From Lama glama (Eukaryota), in assembly GCA_028534125.1 (NCBI GenBank), contig CM052818.1, positions 19,408,001 through 19,472,000 of the forward strand: a DNA stretch of 64,000 nucleotides. Direction: 5' to 3'. Under the pieces are notes generated by a model. It saw only the letters and a list, made by a program, of their open reading frames with translations. It was not told the DNA's origin and did no database searches. Numbering within the stretch: position 1 is the stretch's first letter; each line of letters opens with the position of its first letter. Positions 39,478-63,049 of the stretch are shown here, in pieces. The position numbers and the translations under genes were made by a program.

Positions 39478-40249
39478 GGAGCTACCAGAATGCAGAGTAA
39501 GGGAATGGTGGCCTTAGGGCTCTGTGGTTCAATCAGGAGGGGAAAATAGAGAAACAGCCACCTTCTAGGCCTTGATGTGATGGTGGTCACCAGCTTTGCT
39601 TCCCAGCTGGCAGTTGCCAAAGTCAGGTTGCACTGTGTGTCATCTTGTGGAAGACAAATGCTCTATAAATAAATTGATTTGGAATGGTCTCAAATACACA
39701 AAAGCCACAAGGGCTTTAAATGCCATTTAAAAGTCTTAACTTTTTTTTTAAATCATTTTCTTTCTCTTCTTGGAGAGGTCAGCAGGGAAGTTTCTGCAAG
39801 AGAGGTCTGACTGAAATTCAACCTAAGAAATCAGGAAGAACTTTCCTGTATTCTCTTTAACAGATATATTTCATTACCAAATATTTGCTTAAAAGCTCTT
39901 TGATTCAATACATACGTATCTAAGCATGCACCTGTATATTAAACTTAAGCTCGAATTTGTTATACAGTTATGCATCAATCCTCTTAAAAATCATTTTCTT
40001 AAAAAGGTGATTATGTATTTTGTCATTCAATTTCCTGTTATTAAAAATTTCATATGTAAAAGCACTGCACACTGATGGGGTATTGTGTAAAGAGAATATT
40101 TTTAGTAATGAACCTGAAGGAAAAATTTGTTGATGGCTCTTCCATCTGAGGAAAAATCAGAGACAAATTTCTGAGGAAAATCTTGGAAAGATTTGGGAGC
40201 TACCAGAATGCAGAGTAAGGGAATGGTGGCCTTAGGGCTCTGTGGTTCA
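39478..40249 (+). repeat. Perfect 54-bp dispersed direct repeat (39478-39531 and 40196-40249)
   Basis: GGAGCTACCAGAATGCAGAGTAAGGGAATGGTGGCCTTAGGGCTCTGTGGTTCA occurs twice, 718 bp apart. Confidence 0.95.
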
Positions 40250-41330
40250 GCTCCATTCTGAAGCAGAGGCAACTACTTTTAAGTAACATTCTCGATGATA
40301 GAGTGTATTTCATTTGTGGGAAAAGTTAATTAAACCCACCTTCTCCCCCATCATTACATCACCACATTAGCAAGGACAATAGAAGCTTGGGGTCCTGAGT
40401 TTTCATTGAATAGTCATTCATCTGAAAGGGAGGTCATAGGGTTGCCAATACTAATTGAAAGAGCACTTACTTTCTGTCTGATTTACACAACTGAAAGGAG
40501 GATGATCCATCTCTGGCCTAATAAAGGAAATACTTTAGATGGCATGAGAAAATGTCTAAGTTGTTTAAAGCAGGTTAAGGCTGGGGCTTTCCAGGTGGGT
40601 GCAGACCGCTATTAGAGAACACCTTTTGGTCTTGCTGGGCAGGAAGGTGTTTTCAGGAGGCAAGATTTCACCTTGGCTTACTGAGAATACTGTTTCCAAG
40701 TTTCAAGGGTCCACACACCTGTGCTTTTTACTGGGAAATTCTAAAGCCTTAATGTGGCCTAAGAGGATTCTTTCGGGACAGCGGTTCCACCAAGTTTCTT
40801 GAGGAACTGTCTGAGCACAAATCCCTAGTTCCTTTCTAACCTCCCAGCACCTCTCCTGAGATTGGGCCCTGGAAATGCCTAACTGCGGGCAGCTCCTTCA
40901 CTGTGCCATGCCGTGCCTCTGGACCTTAGTTCTGTTCTTTCTTTCATGTAACTTTCTTCTCTCTTCCTCCCTGTTTTTTCACTTCTTCCTAGCCCATTTA
41001 TCATGTCAGACTCAATTTAGGAGCCATGTTCTTTGGGAACTCTCTTTGGAATCTCTGTGGGGAGCTAAGGTCCTCTCCTCTGTGCCTCAGAAGCCCCACC
41101 TTCGGTGAAAATTACACTATATTCAAATGAATTCACACGGTAGGTGATCACTATTCCCTTGTTAAATACTCTAGGTTATACACATCCTTGCTTATTTTGA
41201 GCAGGACCAAGGAGTTAATTTCTTTTTTAATTGGGGAAAGTATATGAAACAAGAATGACAGAATGCTGTTAACTGGTAAAGCTGAGTGATGGGAACTTGG
41301 AGGTTTGTTATACTTTTCTCTCTACTTGTG

Positions 41331-41396
41331 ATAGATTTTACCTAAAGTTTTCTACAGAAAATAGTTTTTACCTAAAGTTTTCTACAGAAAATAGTT
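41331..41396 (+). repeat. 30-bp tandem duplication
   Basis: ATAG(A/T)TTTTACCTAAAGTTTTCTACAGAAA x2 plus ATAGTT. Confidence 0.9.
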
Positions 41397-41414
41397 CAAA
41401 AAATTAAAAAACAA

Positions 41415-42070
41415 TGTTTTCATGTGTGATAAAATGCACATAAAATTACCACCTTAACTATTTCAAAGTGAAGAGTGCAGTGGTATTAAATACATTCATA
41501 ATGTTGTGCAACCATCACCACCACCAATCCCTATCACACTTCTCATTTTCTCAAACTGAAACTCTTACCTACACCCATTAAACAATAACTCCCCATTCCC
41601 CCTCCCGAGCCCCTGACAACCATGATTCTACTTTCTATTTCTGTGATTTTAACTATTCTAAGTACCTTATATAAATGGAATCATGCAGTATTTGTCTTTT
41701 TGTGACTTATTTCACTTAGCGTAACATCCTCAAGGTTCATCCATGTTGTGGTATACTGCAGAATTTCCTTCCTTTTTAAGGCTGAATAATACTCTATTGT
41801 ACATAACCAAAAATGTATAATTTACATTCATCCACTGAAGGACATTTGGGCTGCTTTCTTTAGCTATTATGAATAATGCTATGAACATGTGTGTACCAAT
41901 ATCTCTTCAACATCCTGCTTTCAGTTCTCTTGGGTATACATACCTAGAAGCGGAATTACTGGGTCATATGGTAATTCTATGTTTAATTTTTTAAGTAACT
42001 TCCATACTGTTTTCCACAGTGGCTGTACCATTTTACATTCCCACCAACAGCACACAAGGGTGCCAATTCA
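41415..42070 (-). mobile_element. LINE-1 (L1MB-like) 3' region
   Basis: CATAAAATTACCACCTTAAC..CCCATTAAACAATAACTCCCCATTCCCCC..CATTCCCACCAACAG motifs. Confidence 0.85.
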
Positions 42071-42189
42071 AAAAGCTAACTTTTCTGTGGATTTAAAAGT
42101 GTTTATTTAAATCTGAGAGGTTAGAGGTCCCAAAGGGCAAATTCATTATGAAATTCACTAATCATATGTATTATGGGTTTATTATACTA

Positions 42190-42410
42190 ACCACTTGTTG
42201 GGTGCCTACCCTGTGCCAGATACTTTTATATTTCACATGAACTCTAATCTTTATATGATTCTAATTATTACAATAATCTTTCAAGATAGGTTAGTATTAG
42301 TTCCATTTTACAAATGAGGCTAAAAATTTAATGACTCATCCAAGGTCATACATCTAAGAAAGTAGCCCAACCAAAATTCACACCCAGGTCTCACTCCAAG
42401 CTGGAACCTT
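42190..42410. mobile_element. MIR SINE remnant
   Basis: GTGCCTACCCTGTGCCAGA..CCATTTTACAAATGAGG..CCAAGGTCATACA core. Confidence 0.7.
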
Positions 42411-43259
42411 ATTATTCGACAATTATCAAGGGCTATTGGGAGTGATAAATCCCACGGAATCTTGGATACTGCAGTTTTTGAATGACTTTCTTTTTTTCTG
42501 GTAAATTACCTCCAGCAAGGAAGACGAAAGGGAAGTACAAGCTGAAGACCCTTTCGGATAAGTAACTGGGCAACTGCATTCGCCCTTACCCAGATTTTCA
42601 TGGGTTTTGTGAGGGAGTGAAATGGTTGAGAGTGAGGCCTCCAGGAAACCAAAATACGAGGCTGAGAAGCTGAGCGTGAGGTACGGGTTTCCTTGGATCT
42701 TTCAGCTTTATTCTTTATCCGCTTAAGGTGTTTTCGCAGACCCTTACACAAGCGGCGGGAAAATGTGTGAGTGAGGGAAGGATGAGTGACTCTCCAGACA
42801 AACGCAAGGTAAGCGACTCCGCCGCCTGGCGCAGTTGCCAGGACAGCGCGGCCGGAGCAGCAACGGCAGAAGCCGCACCGCGTCTCGGCGGCGGCTGCGA
42901 ACCTTGGTGACGCATTGCAGGTACGAACCAGCCAATCAGAGGCCGGTTCAACGATCAACGGGGTTCGCATTGCTACTACGATGCTCCTCCGCGCCGCAAA
43001 GTAGCGCCCCTCCGGCGCGACTCCACCGGCCCTTCAACCGCTCACTGGGGAAAGAAATCCACTTACGTCATCCGTTCGCCCACTCTCCTTTATTTTTTGC
43101 ATCGTCGGCCACCTAACTGAGGATAAAGGGGTCTCGAGAAGAGATGGAGGGGAGGGGGTTGGCCGGGACTCGTTTGTGATGTTCCGTTATCTGGCGTGTG
43201 GCGGAGGGATCTGGCGGAGGGAGGTGTTTATGAGGCGCTAGGGGCGGAGGAGGAGAATT

Positions 43260-43327
43260 AGTCCGAGTGGAGCAAGCGAGCTGAGTGGTTGTGTTTTCGC
43301 GTCCCAGAGACCGGTAGCGCTTGCAGC

Positions 43328-43330
<3 letters not shown>
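43260..43330 (+). other. CALM2: CALM2 exon 1 (5'UTR plus the ATG only)
   Basis: AGTCCGAGTGGA..GCTGAGTGGTTGTG..CCGGTAGCGCTTGCAGC ATG matches the CALM2-type leader; donor ATG|GTGAGT at 43330/43331; TSS approximate. Confidence 0.9.
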
Positions 43331-56068
<12,738 letters not shown>

Positions 56069-57392
56069 AGAAGACATTGTACAGAATGTGTTAAATTTCT
56101 TGTACAAAATTGTTTATTTGCCTTTTCTTTGTTTGTAACTTATCTGTAAAAGGTTTTCCCCTACTGTCAAAAAAAAAAATGCATGTATAGTAATTAGGAC
56201 TTCATTCCTCCATGTTTTCTTCCCTTATCTTACTGTCATTGTCCTGAAACCTTATTTTAGAAAATTGATCAAGTAACATGTTGCATGTGGCTTACTCTGG
56301 ATATATCTAAGCCCTTCTGCACATCTAAACTTAGATGGAGTTGGTCAAATGAGGGAACATCTGGGTTATGCCTTTTTTTTCCAAGTAGTTTTCTTTAGGA
56401 ACTGTCAGCATGTTGTTGTTGAAGTGTGGAGTTGTAACTCTGCNNNNNNNNNNNNNNNNNNNNNNNNNNNNNNNNNNNNNNNNNNNNNNNNNNNNNNNNN
56501 NNNNNNNNNNNNNNNNNNNNNNNNNNNNNNNNNNNNNNNNNNNNNNNNNNNNNNNNNNNNNNNNNNNNNNNNNNNNNNNNNNNNNNNNNNNNNNNNNNNN
56601 NNNNNNNNNNNNNNNNNNNNNNNNNNNNNNNNNNNNNNNNNNNNNNNNNNNNNNNNNNNNNNNNNNNNNNNNNNNNNNNNNNNNNNNNNNNNNNNNNNNN
56701 NNNNNNNNNNNNNNNNNNNNNNNNNNNNNNNNNNNNNNNNNNNNNNNNNNNNNNNNNNNNNNNNNNNNNNNNNNNNNNNNNNNNNNNNNNNNNNNNNNNN
56801 NNNNNNNNNNNNNNNNNNNNNNNNNNNNNNNNNNNNNNNNNNNNNNNNNNNNNNNNNNNNNNNNNNNNNNNNNNNNNNNNNNNNNNNNNNNNNNNNNNNN
56901 NNNNNNNNNNNNNNNNNNNNNNNNNNNNNNNNNNNNNNNNNNNTGAAACCTTATTTTAGAAAATTGATCAAGTAACATGTTGCATGTGGCTTACTCTGGA
57001 TATATCTAAGCCCTTCTGCACATCTAAACTTAGATGGAGTTGGTCAAATGAGGGAACATCTGGGTTATGCCTTTTTTTTCCAAGTAGTTTTCTTTAGGAA
57101 CTGTCAGCATGTTGTTGTTGAAGTGTGGAGTTGTAACTCTGCGTGGACTACGGACAGTCAACAATATGTACTTAAAAGTTGCACTATTGCAAAACGGGTG
57201 TTTTATCCAGGTACTCGTACACTATTTTTTTGTACTGCTGGTCCTGTACCAGGAACATTTTCTTTTATTGTTACTTGCTTTTTAAATTTTGTTTTAGCCA
57301 CTTACTGAAAATCTGCTTATGGCACAGTTTGCCTCAAATCCATTCCAAGTTGTATATTTGTTTTCCAATAAAAAAAATTACAATTTACCCAA
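56069..57392 (+). other. CALM2: CALM2 3'UTR; true length about 625 nt once the gap and overlap are collapsed
   Basis: AU-rich UTR starting AGAAGACATTGTACAGAATGTG and running to the AATAAA at 57367; cleavage site approximate. Confidence 0.88.
57367..57372 (+). terminator. CALM2: CALM2 polyadenylation signal AATAAA
   Basis: CCAATAAAAAAAA..CAATTTACCCAA followed by GU/U-rich TGTTGCTCT; upstream TGTA motifs. Confidence 0.88.
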
Positions 57393-59384
57393 CTGTTGCT
57401 CTGAATCTGAGTCATTTAACTTGAGGTCAAATAATTTTGAGAATCAAATGTAGAAATGGTCTCAACTTGGTATAATTTAGATCTAAGTGATTTTTTTGAC
57501 TATTTTAAGATTTCGTTTTTAAATTTTACTTCAAAAGGTTTAAGTGAAAGACTGAAAAACCTTTTGTTAAGTATACATACCGTGGAAATGGCATAAGGTG
57601 GTGTTTAGCGTTGCCTACTTTAATATATTTTTCAACTTTGTTGTCCGTTTATCCGTATTGACTTTAGCCATGCAATGATTTAAATGTTTTTGTTAAAAAT
57701 ACAAAAAAAAATTCCAAATGGAGGGTAATTACGTTTTACCTCTGTTTTCTAATGTTTTTACCCATAGGGCTTTTTTATACTACCATAAAACAGAATTCAG
57801 TTGTGCCTATCTATCTGCAACGTGTTTTACAAAAAAGATACCTTTAGTAGTGGATTGGCAGTAGCTAAACCTTGTTTTAGTTTTTGCTTACTTCTAAACC
57901 ACTGCTTTCTCTATAATTTAAGCTACTCAAAAGGGTGATTATCAGGGTTTTTTTTTTCTGACTACGTTTTAAGTACTTAATGAAAGAGTCCATAGCAAAG
58001 CAGAGCCAAGATTAAGACATTTAAGTATAATTGTTACTTGATTATTAGAGCCAGAAGGTTTTTAATTTCCCAGGAGGCAATTGGCAGGTTACTGCCCATC
58101 TTTGACTAATACCCCTGTTCTTATTTAGTTCTACCAGAAAATAGAAAACTGGATGGTTAGTGAAAGAAAAGAGTTAAGTATATTTTAGATGGGACAAAGG
58201 AATTTACAGGCATTGATAATCCTAACAGGGTATTACATAATAGGTGGGCAGTCAAATAGGAAGTACTTCATTACATGTAGGAGTGTAGTCAAAAGAAAGG
58301 CCAAACATGGCATTTGGTGGGAGGTTCTTGTGTCTAGCTGTTGAGGCACAGTAATCTCCAGAATACTAAACATGGGCTTTGGGGTTTTATTGCAGCAGTA
58401 TTCACATCACTGCTGTATATAACCTTGAAGAGGTCAGTATTACCTGAGCCGGAGTTATCTTACCCATAAAATGGGTGTATTTACTCAACTGGTTTTTAAC
58501 TTGGTTTTTACAATAATGTTAGGTGAAGCACTTAGCATAGTTCTTGGCATTTGTAATAAGTGTTTAAGCTGTTAAATCAGTTATGACCTTTAATGAGGGA
58601 ATTGGGCAAAGTTATTCTTGGTGTTTTTCCAGTTCCAGTAGTTTGAAGTAATGTTGATAACAAGGTGGAAAGGGAGAAACACTTGGGGGTACTTTCTTGT
58701 GTCCTGTTGCTTACTTTATATTACTGTAATTCTGGCAAAAGTCACAGTAAGTACTGCATAATCTTACTTGAATCAACTATAATTTTAAAACCTTATTTTC
58801 AAATCTTAACCATATTACCTGTTTTATATTAGCAGGAGATCATGGTAATTGATCATTCTTTTTCTAAATACTATCTGTAGCATGTCTGTTTTCAGATAAT
58901 TCTAACCAAAGCTATTCACTGTTGCAGTTAAAAATAATCCTAGAATAGGAAGTATTTCACCTAGAATTTTTTTTCAAGATCTGATGCACAGCAAAAGTAC
59001 TGTTGATCTCCACTTCGTGTAGTCTTGTATTCTCAAAGAGAAATGCATCCTCCCTTTTTAAAACTGCTGTTACGGTAACCTGCTTAAACTTTTCTCAGTG
59101 ATGCTATGCAAGACAATATCCCCCCCCCCTTTTTCAGTTTTATTAGGTAAATTATTATAGTTTGCACATATTCATTATGTTGCATGTAAATACAGTATAC
59201 TGCACTTTTTTTTTGTTTACATGTATGTACTAATCACTGTTTCTAAGACTAGATTAGAGCTTTAGCTTTTTAAACTTACATAGTTATCAAAGGAATAAAG
59301 CCAACCACAAAATAACAGAATGCTGTAATCCAATCATAAGGACAGTCCAGTGTGCTTACACATTTAAGAAGTCAATCATCCAAG

Positions 59385-60730
59385 TTATAAGTAAGTTCAT
59401 ATATGTTGTTTTTTTTTTTTTTTTAGATTCTACATATAATTGATACCATATGGCATTTTTCTTTCTCTTTCTGGCCTAGTTAGAATGACAATCTCCAGGT
59501 CCATCTATGTTGCTGAAAATGGCATTATTTTATTCTTCTTTATGGCTGAATAGTGTTCCATTATGTGTGTGTATATATATGTGTGTGTGTGTATCACATC
59601 TTTATCCAGTCATCTGTTGATGGACATTTGGGTTGTTTCCATGTCTTGGCTATTGTAAATAGTGCTGCTATGAACATTGGGGTGCAGGTGTCTTTTTGAA
59701 TTTTATTTTTCTGTGGGTGTATGCCCAGGAGTGGGATTGATGGATCACATGGTAAGTCTATTTTTAGTTTTTTAAGGAACCTCCATATTGTCCTCCATAC
59801 TGGCTGCACCAACCTACACTCTCACCAATAGTGTAGGAGGGTTTCCTTTTCTCCACACCCTCTCCAGCATTTATTGTTTGTATTTAATGATGGCCATCCT
59901 GGCTGGTGTGAGGTGATGTCTCATTGTAATTTTGATCTGCATTTCTCTGACAATGATGCTGAGCATTTTTCATGTGCCTATTGGCCATTTGTATATCTTG
60001 GAGAATTGCTTGTTTCGGTTTTCTGCCCATTTTTGGATTGGGTTGCTTGTTATTTTTGATGCAAAGGTGTATGAGCTATTTGTATGTTTTGGAAATTAGT
60101 CCCTTGTTGGTTGCATCATTTGCAAATATTTTCCCCCATCCTGTAGGTTTTCATTTTGTTGATCGTATCCTTAGCTATGCAAAAGCTTTTAACTTTAATT
60201 AGATCCCATTTGTTTATTTTTGCTTTTATTTCCATTATGTCAGGAGCTGGTTCAAAAAATATATTGCTGTGATTTATGTCTGAGAGTGTTCTGCCTATGT
60301 TTTCCTCTAGGAGTTTTATACTGTCTGGTCTTATATTTAGATCTTTAATGTATTTTGAGTTTATTTTTGTATATGGTGTTTAGAGAATGTTCTAATATCA
60401 GTCTTTTGCAGGTAGCTGTCCAGTTTTCCCAGCACCACTTATTGAAGAGACTGTCTTTTCTCCATTGTGTATTCTTGCCTCCTTTGTCATAGATTAATTG
60501 ACCATAATTGCGTGGGTTTATTCCTGGACTTTCTATCCTGTGTCTGTTTTTGTTCCAGTATCATACTGTTTTGATCACTGTAGCTTTGTAGTATAGTCTG
60601 AAGCCAGGGAGCGTGATTCCCCCAGCTCCATTCTCCTTTTTCAAGATTGTTTCGGCTATTTGGGGTCTTTGGTGTTTCCATACAGATTTTAGCATTTTTT
60701 GTTCCAGCTCTGGGAAGAATGTCACTGGTA
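59385..60730 (-). mobile_element. 5'-truncated LINE-1 (degenerate ORF2 C-terminal region and partial 3'UTR)
   Basis: Minus-strand peptide [54 protein letters not shown] is L1 ORF2 C-terminal; frameshifted and stopped. Confidence 0.95.
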
Positions 60731-61214
60731 GACAATGTTTTCTTAAGGGGACATTTTGTTTATTCTACATACTTACTAGTCTGTTTTATTGGTAAAGTCC
60801 TTGAAATCATTGACCCATGCTGTTTCTATTTTTGAGATACTCAAAACTATTTTCTCATCTAGATGTTCCCTTATATTTCACACTTTATATGGCTTTCTGG
60901 ACTTCAATGTATCTTTCATCATGCATAGTCTCTAGGGTACCAGTCCCTGGTTTGCTGAGCCAGTTTTACAGGCTCAGCCAAAAGAAGACAATGAAATGAG
61001 GCACAGTGGTGGACTGGCTTAATCACTTACTTTTGTGAAAGTTCTGTTTTTTATTTGCATCTTGGTCTTAATATTTCAGTTCTTGGTTTCAAACCTGGTG
61101 CCTGGCTTTTTTTTTTTTTTTCCTGTTTTTTTTTTAACCCCTTCTGTTTTTGAGTCTATGTTAAATGAATTTAGAACTCCCAGTATTTTAAGAGAAATTT
61201 AATGAGGTCCTGTC

Positions 61215-61358
61215 TCTTGCTACTCAAAAAGTCACTCACAGTCACCTGAGTGCTTGTTCAAAATGTTGAGTCTTAGGCCCTGTCCCAAATTCTCAATCAG
61301 TATCTATTTTACAATATCTCCAGATATTGTGTATGCACAATTTTGGGAAAGCACTGCT
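61215..61358. mobile_element. MER5-like MITE remnant
   Basis: TACTCAAA..TCACCTGAGTGCTTGTTCAAAATG..AGGCCC..TTTGGGAAAGCACTG. Confidence 0.55.
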
Positions 61359-62169
61359 ATAATCCATCCTCTGGTTTTATTTATAAAAGGAAAACTTACT
61401 CGTTCAACAAATATTTAAATTATTCTGTGTTCAAAGGATTTAGAATAAAGATAAAAACTTGTGTTTTGGATATATTTAATATTAGGGGAGACACAATTTG
61501 TCACAATGAGTCCAACAATAAAGATACGCACCTCTTTGGGGTTTGAGGGGTTAGGCCTAATAGGAGTTGACCCTTCAAGTTTGCCAGGCCATGGAAGAAG
61601 GGAATAAGCAGTTCAAACAGAAGGGCTATCATGTGGGGAGACAATAGAAGTGTGAAGGTAGCATGCTTAAGATTTGCAAGTATACATCAGATCATGAGGT
61701 TCTAATGAGGGGAAGGAGATGAGACCAGATTGTAAATTTTGCTTGTGTCCTAAAGACAATGATAATCTATGTTGAATGCACTGTGCTAAACACAGTTCAA
61801 ACATTTCACTCAAGTCAGTCTTCATAATCACCCCAAGTGGTTACCAATTATCACCTCTTTATAGACAAGCACAATAGATTATAGCAAAGCAAATGAAGTC
61901 AACTTTCAAATCCTGGTTGGTAGTCAAGGGAGGAGAGGGATTCAAAAATGAGGGAGTGGAGTAATCAATTTAGCAGTGATGGAGGTCAAGTTTGCTAAGA
62001 GCTTGAAAACTGTTGGATTTGGCAACTGGATCACTGACTAGGAAGTGTAATTTTAACTGAAAGGTATGTGCACATGTTGGATTAAGATGGTTCTAAGAAA
62101 GTACGGGAAGTGACAAAAGAATTGAGTCCACGTTACTCTTCAAAGTTTGTGAAAGGAAGCAGAAACTCC

Positions 62170-62380
62170 ATGGTGTAGTGGACAGTGAGGTATGGAGTCA
62201 TATCTGGATTTGGACTCTGGCTCTGCCACTGCTGTGCGATTCAGTCAGCTGTACTAAACTGTCCAAGGAAGCCTGTTCCCTCATTCATAAAGTGGGATTA
62301 ATACCTACTTCCCAGGGTTGTTTGAGGATTTAATATATGTGAAATATCTGGAACACAGGAGATACTCCATAAAATGGAAC
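62170..62380. mobile_element. MIR SINE remnant
   Basis: CATGGTGTAGTGG..TGGAGTCA..CTCTGCCACT..CTCATTCATAAAGTGGGATTAATACCTACTTCCCAGGGTTG. Confidence 0.75.
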
Positions 62381-62595
62381 TGGTAAGGTTGAGAGGATGG
62401 TTTGTTCTTAAAGATGGGAATGTTGATAGTTAAAGAAGCTACAGCCAAGAGAGGTTGAAAATGAAAAGGGTCTACAGATGGTAAAGGTTGGTCCGTGATT
62501 TCACAGCCTGTTGGGTCTAGTGCTCACTCCACTTCTCAAAGAGAAGTGACAGTCCCAGAATTTCCATGTGGAGGAATTTTAGAAACAATCTTAGA

Positions 62596-62835
62596 GGGGA
62601 AAGAGGGTGGGAAGAGAGAAATTTGGGAGTTTGAGATTTGTGAATGTTAGCCACTATATGTAAAAGTGGATTTTTAAAAATTTCTTATGTATAGCACAGG
62701 GAGCTATTCAATATCTTGTAATAGCCTGTAATGAAAAAGAATATGAAAACAAATATATGCATGAATGGGACATTGTGCTGCACACCAGAAATTGACACAT
62801 TGTAACTGACTCTACTTCAATTTAAAAAAACAATT
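62596..62835 (+). mobile_element. Short 5'-truncated LINE-1 3' end just upstream of the STPG4 promoter
   Basis: TTGGGAGTTTGAGATTT..GTATAGCACAGGGAGCTATT..ACACCAGAAATTGACACATTGTAACTGACTCTACTTCAAT plus A tail; TSD AGAAACAATCTTAGA (62581-62595) / AGAAATAATCTGAGA (62836-62850). Confidence 0.88.
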
Positions 62836-63049
62836 AGAAATAATCTGAGAAAGTGGTGTTAAGGCCGACTTTTGCCTTAAATCTAAGTATGCTTACCAAG
62901 CATGTTGTCTCCTTGCCTGGGGTATGGGATGGAAGTGATTTGGGGAAAGGCCTGATGGAGAGAGCCCATGGGACGTTTTAGCCCTTATAAGCCTCCCTTG
63001 GCTCACATACTTACCCCAGGGCTGTCTGGTGACTCCAGAACCCTGTAGA

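Noticed and set aside
1..42500. Many 60-140 aa ORFs in the ORF track
   Set aside because: They lie in decayed L1/L2/MIR repeats or unique intergenic DNA, with no recognisable domain or exon structure; this density is expected by chance
56245..57308. Tandem duplication of the 3'UTR, and ORFs starting MREHLGYAFF
   Set aside because: Contig overlap around an N gap; the ORFs are chance frames in UTR sequence or span Ns
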